A DNA stretch of 64,000 nt from Anaerolineae bacterium (GTDB lineage: Bacteria; Chloroflexota; Anaerolineae; UBA1429). How positions within the stretch are numbered: position 1 is the first letter of the stretch; every line of letters begins with the position of its first letter. The position numbers were made by a program, and so were the translations under genes. A model generated the notes under the pieces. The model saw nothing but the letters and a program-made list of their open reading frames with translations, did no database searches and was not told the DNA's origin. Positions 57,762 to 64,000 of the stretch are shown here, in pieces. The stretch covers positions 672,001 to 736,000 of the forward strand of contig OY776562.1 of the NCBI GenBank assembly GCA_963675785.1, read 5' to 3'.

Positions 57762-58823
57762 ATGGATACAGCAGCTTTGCTGCAAGAGTTTTCAGATGCT
57801 CACGGCGTCTCTGGTTATGAGGATGCCCCTAGGGCCATCGCCCAGCGGGTTCTTGAACCCCTGGTGGATTCAATGCGTGTGGACGCCCTCGGCAACCTGA
57901 TTACCTTTAAAAAGGGTACAGGCGATGCCAATGGCAAACACCGCACCATGATGCTTGCGGCCCACATGGACGAAATCGGCATGATGGTAACGGGTTATTC
58001 TGGCGGTTTTTTGCGCGTATTCCGCGTAGGCGGCTCAGACCCTCGCACGCTGGTCGGCCAAGAAGTGGTGGTGCATGGCGTTCGCGATTTCCCCGGTGTT
58101 ATCGCCAGTCGTCCGCCCCATGTGCTTTCTGCCGAGGACCGCAAAAAGACGCCCGATTGGAATGATCTCTATATTGATATCGGCGCCACAGCCGATGAGA
58201 TTGAGGGACTTGTGACCATCGGCGATACCATCACCCTGCGTTCGTCCTTCGTCAAGCTAAGCGGCGGTTATGCTGCAGGCAAGGCCATGGATGACCGTGC
58301 TAGCGTGGTGACGATTGCCCTCTGTATGCAAGAGCTTGCGGGTGTGACTCACGAATGGGACATAGCCGCTGTAGCCACCACGCAAGAAGAAGTGGGACTC
58401 CGTGGCGCTATCGTGAGCGCTTTTGGCGTTGCACCGGATGCGGCTATCGCTATCGACGTGGGTTTTGGCGCTCAGGTGGGCGTTGATCCCAATATCAGCA
58501 TCAAGATGGATGGTGGGCCTTGCCTGTCGATCGGTCCCAATTTCCATCCAACCATGTATCAGGGTCTCATAGATGTCGCCCAAAAGCGCGAGATCAAAAT
58601 ACAGAGCGAAGTCATCCCCGGAGCCAGCGGTACCGATGCTTGGGGTATCCAGATAGCTCGCGAGGGTGTACCTACCGCGTTGCTTGGCTTGCCCCTGCGC
58701 TACATGCACTCTAGTGTCGAGACTGTTGCCATTGCCGATGTCGAGCGCACTGGGCGTCTGATGGCGGCGTTCATCCAGTCGCTCAAGGGCGATATTGAGC
58801 TCGACGCGCAGGCAAAGGAGTAA
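57762..58823 (+). CDS. M42 family (TET) aminopeptidase, paralog 1
   Basis: AAHMDEIG, KAMDDR, QEEVG, AIDVG, GTDA, RYMHS. Confidence 0.93.
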   Translation: MDTAALLQEFSDAHGVSGYEDAPRAIAQRVLEPLVDSMRVDALGNLITFKKGTGDANGKHRTMMLAAHMDEIGMMVTGYSGGFLRVFRVGGSDPRTLVGQEVVVHGVRDFPGVIASRPPHVLSAEDRKKTPDWNDLYIDIGATADEIEGLVTIGDTITLRSSFVKLSGGYAAGKAMDDRASVVTIALCMQELAGVTHEWDIAAVATTQEEVGLRGAIVSAFGVAPDAAIAIDVGFGAQVGVDPNISIKMDGGPCLSIGPNFHPTMYQGLIDVAQKREIKIQSEVIPGASGTDAWGIQIAREGVPTALLGLPLRYMHSSVETVAIADVERTGRLMAAFIQSLKGDIELDAQAKE

Positions 58824-58827
58824 TAAC

Positions 58828-59868
58828 GTGCTGCTAGAAAAAATCTCGAATGCCCGCGGCGTATCGGGCAATGAAAAAGGGGTACGCCAGGTACTGCGCG
58901 AGGCTGTGGCCGAGTATTGCGATGACATAAAAGTGGATGCCCTCGGCAACCTCATCTGCTACAAAAAGGCTCGCACGGCCACCACCGACAAGCCACTTCG
59001 CCTCATGGTCTCGGCGCACATGGATGAAGTCGGCCTCATCGTAACGGGTTTTAACGGCGATGGCACCCTGCGCTTTGGCTGTGTAGGCGGCATCGATGGC
59101 CGCGTGTTGGTGGCTCGCACCGTGTTGATTGGCGATACAGAGGTGCCCGGCGTTATTGGCTGCTCACCTATTCACTTGGTGCCTGCCGAAGCGCGCACCA
59201 AGGCCGTAGATGCAGACAAGCTGGTGATCGACATCGGGGCTACTGACGAGGCTTCAGCCCGTAAATTGGTCAGCTTGGGCGATTATGCCTGTTTTGCCGT
59301 TACCTACGAGCCCTTGCTCGATGGTCAATTGCGGGCCGTCAAAGGCAAGGCCTTTGACGATCGCGCTGGTTGCACCGTCTTGGTCGAACTACTCAAAGAG
59401 GACTTGCCCGTCGATCTCTACGCTTGCTTCACCTCTCAAGAAGAGGTCGGTTTGCGTGGCGCTAGGGTAGCGGCTTATGCCGTCGATCCCGATGCGGCCA
59501 TCGCTCTCGAGGGCACCATCTGTGATGATCTGCCCAAGGAACAAGACAAGACGCCCGTTACCGAGGTGGGCAAGGGACCGGCAATTACCTTTATGGATCG
59601 CTCCTTTATTGCTGATCAGCGTTTGGTCAAACTGTTGACCAGTACAGCAAAAGCTGAGGGCATTCCTTGCCAGTTCAAGCGGGCCGCGGCTGGTGGCACC
59701 GATGCTGGCGCTATCCATCTGGCGCGTGAGGGTGTTCCTTCGGTAACTGTTGCTGTGCCCTGTCGCTATATTCACGCTCCGGCGAGCGTACTCAGTTTGA
59801 ATGACTTGGAAAACACCGTCCAGCTCCTGGCTGCGGCGATCAAGAGAATGAACGGAGGCCTGGCATGA
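58828..59868 (+). CDS. M42 family aminopeptidase, paralog 2
   Basis: GTG 58828 after AAGGAG; SAHMDEVG, KAFDDR, QEEVG, ALEGT, RYIHA. Confidence 0.92.
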   Translation: MLLEKISNARGVSGNEKGVRQVLREAVAEYCDDIKVDALGNLICYKKARTATTDKPLRLMVSAHMDEVGLIVTGFNGDGTLRFGCVGGIDGRVLVARTVLIGDTEVPGVIGCSPIHLVPAEARTKAVDADKLVIDIGATDEASARKLVSLGDYACFAVTYEPLLDGQLRAVKGKAFDDRAGCTVLVELLKEDLPVDLYACFTSQEEVGLRGARVAAYAVDPDAAIALEGTICDDLPKEQDKTPVTEVGKGPAITFMDRSFIADQRLVKLLTSTAKAEGIPCQFKRAAAGGTDAGAIHLAREGVPSVTVAVPCRYIHAPASVLSLNDLENTVQLLAAAIKRMNGGLA

Positions 59869-60860
59869 AAGAAATGATCAAGGAGCTGGTCAGCGCTTAT
59901 GGTCCCTCGGGCAACGAGGGACAGGTGAGGGCTATTATTGAGAGCCTCGCCGTCAAGGCGACCGATGATATCCGTACCGACAGCATGGGCAACTTGATTG
60001 TCCTGAAAAAAGGTACCGGTGGCGGCAAGCGTGTTATGGTGGCTGCCCATATGGACGAGATCGGCCTGGTGGTTTCCTATATCGACAAAAATGGGTTTGC
60101 GCGAGTGAACCCTGTGGGTGGCGTACGTATCCCCAGCATTATGGGTACCCTGGCCCGCTTTGCCGATGGCACCGTGGCGACCATTAACCGCGAAAAAGCC
60201 ATGACCAAGGGCAACGAAGTAGCCACCTGGGATGAGATATTTCTTGATTTTGGCGTAGATAGCGCTGAGGATTGCCCCGTGGGCATCGGCGATATGGCCT
60301 GTCTCGATTGCGCCTATGCAGATTTGGGCAAGCGCTTGGTTGGCAAGGCCATGGACGATCGCATTAGTTGCGCCGTCGAACTTCAAGCCCTGTTGGAAAT
60401 GGGCGAGTCCCCCAACGACATCTACTTTGTCTTTACTGTGCAGGAAGAAGTGGGTACTCGTGGCGCTATGGTTTCGGCCTTTGGCGTCGAGCCGGATCTG
60501 GGCATCGCGATCGATGTAACGCTCTCTGGCGATACGCCAGAAGATGATCCCTTTGCGGTTGTTTTGGGCAAGGGCCCGGCTATCAAGGTGATGGATTCTG
60601 GTTCTATTGCTCATCCGGGTGTCAAGAATTGGATGATCAAGGGGGCTCAGGAAATGGAGCTGCCTTACCAGCTCGAAGTACTAAAGTTTGGCGGCACCGA
60701 CGCTCGCGCTATCCAGATGTCACGCGGTGGCGTGCCCTCTGGTTGTATCTCTGTCCCTACTCGCTATGTACACACCTCGGTCGAGATGGTAGACATGGAC
60801 GATGTGGAGAACTCGGTCAAGCTGCTCAAGGGCCTGCTGAGCAAGCCCATCGCCTTCTAA
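59865..60860 (+). CDS. M42 family aminopeptidase, paralog 3
   Basis: ATGA overlap; AAHMDEIG, KAMDDR, QEEVG, AIDVT, RYVHT. Confidence 0.93.
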   Translation: MKEMIKELVSAYGPSGNEGQVRAIIESLAVKATDDIRTDSMGNLIVLKKGTGGGKRVMVAAHMDEIGLVVSYIDKNGFARVNPVGGVRIPSIMGTLARFADGTVATINREKAMTKGNEVATWDEIFLDFGVDSAEDCPVGIGDMACLDCAYADLGKRLVGKAMDDRISCAVELQALLEMGESPNDIYFVFTVQEEVGTRGAMVSAFGVEPDLGIAIDVTLSGDTPEDDPFAVVLGKGPAIKVMDSGSIAHPGVKNWMIKGAQEMELPYQLEVLKFGGTDARAIQMSRGGVPSGCISVPTRYVHTSVEMVDMDDVENSVKLLKGLLSKPIAF

Positions 60861-60870
60861 AATCAAAGAG

Positions 60871-60912
60871 TAGAGCGCCTGCAGGATTCATTCTGCAGGC
60901 GCTCTATTGTTT
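60871..60912. terminator. Bidirectional intrinsic terminator
   Basis: TAGAGCGCCTGCAGGA / TTCTGCAGGCGCTCTA stem between convergent genes. Confidence 0.85.
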
Positions 60913-62138
60913 CAGGGGGTGATGACAGTGCCATCCAATCGGCGCACTTCAGGCCAGGCGCCGTTATAGCGATCCTCGGGAAAGGGGAATTCGGCGGCCA
61001 GCTTTTCGTCGATATCCACGCCCAAACCTGGTTTTTCGTTGCACCACAGGCAGCCATCGCGCACCTCGGGGCAGCCGGGGAAAACCGCCTTGGTGTTCTC
61101 TTTGAACAGGGCCAGCTCCTGAATGCCAAAGTTGGGGACGGCCAAATCCAGGTGCATGTTGGCGGCGTGCCCCACCGGGGAAACATCCCCGGGGCCGTGG
61201 AAGGCAGTGCGCACGCCCATGAACTCGCCCAAGGTAGCTAGCTTGCGCGCCTCTGAGAGGCCGCCGATATCCGAGATGTGCACACGGATGAAATCGATGA
61301 GCCGCTCGCGCACCAGGGGTACGTATTCGTTGCGATTGACGAACAGCTCGCCCATGGCGATGGGTGTGGCCGTCTGCTGGCGCACCATGCGGAAATAGTC
61401 GATCTGGTCGGGTGCGAACAAATCCTCCAAGAAGAACAGCCGGTACTGCTCCAGTTCTTTGGCCAGCCAAACGCCCTGAATGGCCGGGATGCGCTCGTGC
61501 ACGTCGTGCAACAGTTCTACCTCGTCGCCCAGTGCCAGACGCAAGTGCTCGATCAGCTTGGGCACAGCAATGACATAGGGCGTGGGCTCCCATGTGCGGG
61601 TTTGTGCCGGATTCAGTGCCGGGATGATCTTGCCGCTCTGGCTGCCGTAGGTGCTCAGCCCCTGAATATTCATCTGCACGCGAATATAGCGGAACCCCTG
61701 GGCCATGTAACCTCGGGCCTGCTCTTCGACCTCTTCGGGTGAGTTGCCGCTGGCATGAGTATAAACGGGCACTGCTTCGCGGCATTTGCCGCCAAAGAGT
61801 TGGTATACGGGCATGTTGGCTCTCTTACCCTTGATGTCCCACAAAGCCTCGTCTACACCGCTGAGGGCGTTGTTCAGCACCGGGCCGCTACGCCAGTAAG
61901 AACTGACATAGGCTGCCTGATAGATATCCTCGATGCGATCCACGTCACGGCCAATGAGGAAAGGCTTGAGATACTCGTCGATGGCCGCTGCCACGGCCAT
62001 GGGCCGCTGGGTAAAAGTAGCGCAGCCCAGGCCGTACAGGCCGGGCTCACTGGTAACAATCTTGACCACCACCAGGCGAATGCCATCTGGCGCGGTGAGG
62101 ATCGTTTGTACGTCTTGGATGGTGACGGGTTGGCTCAT
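60912..62138 (-). CDS. Enolase-superfamily sugar acid dehydratase (RspA/ManD-like)
   Basis: YGLGCATF, YWRSGPV, LWDIKGK, LLHDVHER, FFLED, AMGELF, HGPGDVSPVG, NFGIQE. Confidence 0.92.
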   Translation of the reverse strand: MSQPVTIQDVQTILTAPDGIRLVVVKIVTSEPGLYGLGCATFTQRPMAVAAAIDEYLKPFLIGRDVDRIEDIYQAAYVSSYWRSGPVLNNALSGVDEALWDIKGKRANMPVYQLFGGKCREAVPVYTHASGNSPEEVEEQARGYMAQGFRYIRVQMNIQGLSTYGSQSGKIIPALNPAQTRTWEPTPYVIAVPKLIEHLRLALGDEVELLHDVHERIPAIQGVWLAKELEQYRLFFLEDLFAPDQIDYFRMVRQQTATPIAMGELFVNRNEYVPLVRERLIDFIRVHISDIGGLSEARKLATLGEFMGVRTAFHGPGDVSPVGHAANMHLDLAVPNFGIQELALFKENTKAVFPGCPEVRDGCLWCNEKPGLGVDIDEKLAAEFPFPEDRYNGAWPEVRRLDGTVITP

Positions 62139-62208
62139 AGCGAGATTGCTCCTCTCACGTTAGGCGATTGCTGCATACGCTTTCGAGCGGTATAATGGCC
62201 CCCATACG

Positions 62209-63192
62209 ATGATGAGTCAAGCGGAGAACGCCATGAATCGATATTCTCACGTAACTGAAACCCACGCCGACACGGGCTTGGAGCTCGTCCGCCTCACTTG
62301 TGAGGCCGATGCCAGCCGAACTGAGATTGCTTTTGCCCCCGCCATGGGCTGCAACATCATGAGCTTTGTGGTGGATGGTCGCGAGTACTTGGTAGCTTCG
62401 GGTGACGGCCGCGTACTGGGCACGCCCATTCTCTACCCCATGCCTAACCGCGTGCGCAACGCCCATTTCGAGTTCGACGGACACAGCTTTGATTTTGAGC
62501 CCAACAACACGGGCAACTTTATCCATGGCCTGGTGCGCGAACGCCCTTGGGCAGTGGATGAGCCCGTGATTACCAACGAGGGCATTGCTTGTACCATGCG
62601 CTTTGTCTTTGCGCCGGGCTGCGAGGCCTATGACCTGTTCCCCATCAGCAATACGCTGACGCTCAAGTTGACCCTCTCGCCGCACAAGCTGCGCTTCGAT
62701 TGGACCATTGAGAACCAGGACGAGAGCCGTCGGTTGCCTTTTGGCCTGGCCATTCATCCCTACTTTGCCATTCAGGGAGAGCGTGCACGGGTGCGCCTGC
62801 AGGTGCCTGCGCAAAAGGCCATGGAGGCTGTCGATCTGCTGCCCACCGGCAAGCTCATCGATATTGAAGACACACCCTTGGGCGAGGAGCCGGTGCGCCT
62901 CTCCGAGCTCGACTTGGACGACGTTTTCTTGGGCATGGCTGAGGACAGGCCGCAGGTGATTTATTACGATGCCCTGGGCAAGAAAATCACCCTTACCGCC
63001 TCGGACTTTTTCACGCACACGGTCGTATTCACGCCGCAAGGCAAGCCCTTTTTCTGCATCGAGAACCAATCCTGCTCGACCGATGCTCACAACTTTTATG
63101 CTCGTGGCCTGCAGGATGTGGCCCATCTGACCATCCTCGACCCTGGCCAGCAGCAACGTGAGTGGATCGAGTTCCAATTGACAGATTTCTAG
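62209..63192 (+). CDS. Aldose 1-epimerase family protein
   Basis: PILYPMPNRV, IHGLV, HPYF, LDDVF, FCIENQ; start could be ATG 62234 after GGAG. Confidence 0.88.
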   Translation: MMSQAENAMNRYSHVTETHADTGLELVRLTCEADASRTEIAFAPAMGCNIMSFVVDGREYLVASGDGRVLGTPILYPMPNRVRNAHFEFDGHSFDFEPNNTGNFIHGLVRERPWAVDEPVITNEGIACTMRFVFAPGCEAYDLFPISNTLTLKLTLSPHKLRFDWTIENQDESRRLPFGLAIHPYFAIQGERARVRLQVPAQKAMEAVDLLPTGKLIDIEDTPLGEEPVRLSELDLDDVFLGMAEDRPQVIYYDALGKKITLTASDFFTHTVVFTPQGKPFFCIENQSCSTDAHNFYARGLQDVAHLTILDPGQQQREWIEFQLTDF

Positions 63193-63263
63193 TATGGTTC
63201 CTCGCTCCCGTACCTTGAGCAGGAGAGTGAGGTTATCCTTTTGTAGAGTTTGGCGGGCTGTAA

Positions 63264-63293
63264 TTGACATGATCAGCCCGTCATTCTTATACT
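63264..63293 (+). promoter_or_regulatory. Sigma70-type promoter for the beta-galactosidase
   Basis: TTGACA-18bp-TATACT. Confidence 0.6.
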
Positions 63294-63343
63294 GCATTCA
63301 TGTTCTGCCTGAGTAGCTTTTCCCGACTATGTGAGGTCGTACA

Positions 63344-64000
63344 ATGTATTACGGTGCCGATTATTACCCCGAACACTGGCCCCAAGAGCGTTGGGCTTTG
63401 GATGCCCGTCTCATGCGCGAGGCTCATATCAATGTAGTGCGTTTGGCCGAGTTCGCCTGGGCCCTGCTGGAACCGAGCGAAGGCACCTACGATTTCTCCT
63501 GGCTCGATTTGGCCATAGAAACCTTGGCTCGTGAGGGCATCAAGGTGGTGATGTGCACCCCCACAGCGGCGCCGCCAGCCTGGCTGTGTACGGCTCATCC
63601 CGAGATCATGCGGGTCACCCGCGATGGTCGCCGGGTTTCCTTTGGTATGCGTCGCCAGTATTGCGCCACCAGTGCCCTTTATCGCCGTTATTCGGCCAAC
63701 ATCAACCGCAAACTCGTAGAGCATTATGCGCACAACGAGAATGTGGTACTCTGGCAGCTCGATAACGAGTTTGGCTGTCATGATTCCACTCGCTGCTATT
63801 GCCCGGAATGCCAGGCTGCTTTTCAAGCTTGGTGTCGTCAGCGCTATGGCAGCTTGCAGGCGCTCAATGAAGCTTGGGGTACGTCCTTTTGGAGCCACGT
63901 CTATACCGCCTGGGAGCAGATTCCCCTGCCTACCGATAGTGTAGCCATCTCCAACCCCTGCCTTGAGCTGGATTACGATCGTTTTAGCTCGGATCAGATG
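63344..64000 (+). CDS. GH42 beta-galactosidase, 5' part (runs off the window)
   Basis: Not in the ORF track; ATG 63344 gives MYYGADYYPEHWP...VRLAEFAWALLEP...TPTAAPPAWL...WQLDNEFGC...LNEAWGTSFWS. Confidence 0.92.
   Translation, partial: MYYGADYYPEHWPQERWALDARLMREAHINVVRLAEFAWALLEPSEGTYDFSWLDLAIETLAREGIKVVMCTPTAAPPAWLCTAHPEIMRVTRDGRRVSFGMRRQYCATSALYRRYSANINRKLVEHYAHNENVVLWQLDNEFGCHDSTRCYCPECQAAFQAWCRQRYGSLQALNEAWGTSFWSHVYTAWEQIPLPTDSVAISNPCLELDYDRFSSDQM

Noticed and set aside
62155-63898. Minus-strand ORFs of 380 and 203 aa
   Set aside because: Antisense shadows of the aldose epimerase and GH42 genes.
1-64000. CRISPR array, rRNA, tRNA, transposase, integrase or phage genes
   Set aside because: No regularly spaced repeats, cloverleaf with T-loop or recombinase motifs seen; the only long repeats are in-frame protein repeats.

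Overview
Gene-dense bacterial chromosome segment from what looks like a monoderm anaerobe; Chloroflexota (Anaerolineae-like) is my inference from the gene repertoire, the LPXTG protein and the C-terminal YLPL tails. From left to right it carries a 7TM histidine kinase cut by the window edge, a DUF4332 gene, an aldehyde:ferredoxin oxidoreductase / glycyl radical enzyme / activase cluster, an alkaline phosphatase / YibE-F unit flanked by two similar tiny ORFs, a pfkA-photolyase operon, four adjacent hybrid histidine kinases, a beta-propeller protein, TetR plus an ABC exporter, a glycosidase cluster that includes a UroD-fold gene, a 3185-aa isopeptide/DUF11-repeat surface protein with an LPXTG protein and a C25 (gingipain/PorU-like) peptidase, further hydrolases, three tandem M42 aminopeptidases, sugar-acid genes and a GH42 cut by the right edge. 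I saw no rRNA, tRNA, CRISPR array or transposase. The best candidates for new biology are (1) the surface-protein locus at 37.7-50.8 kb, where the giant protein and the C25 peptidase share a C-terminal (F/C)YLPL tail, and (2) a glycyl radical enzyme with a non-canonical GCHW active-site loop next to the AOR. All family calls come from motif recognition by eye; no searches were run.
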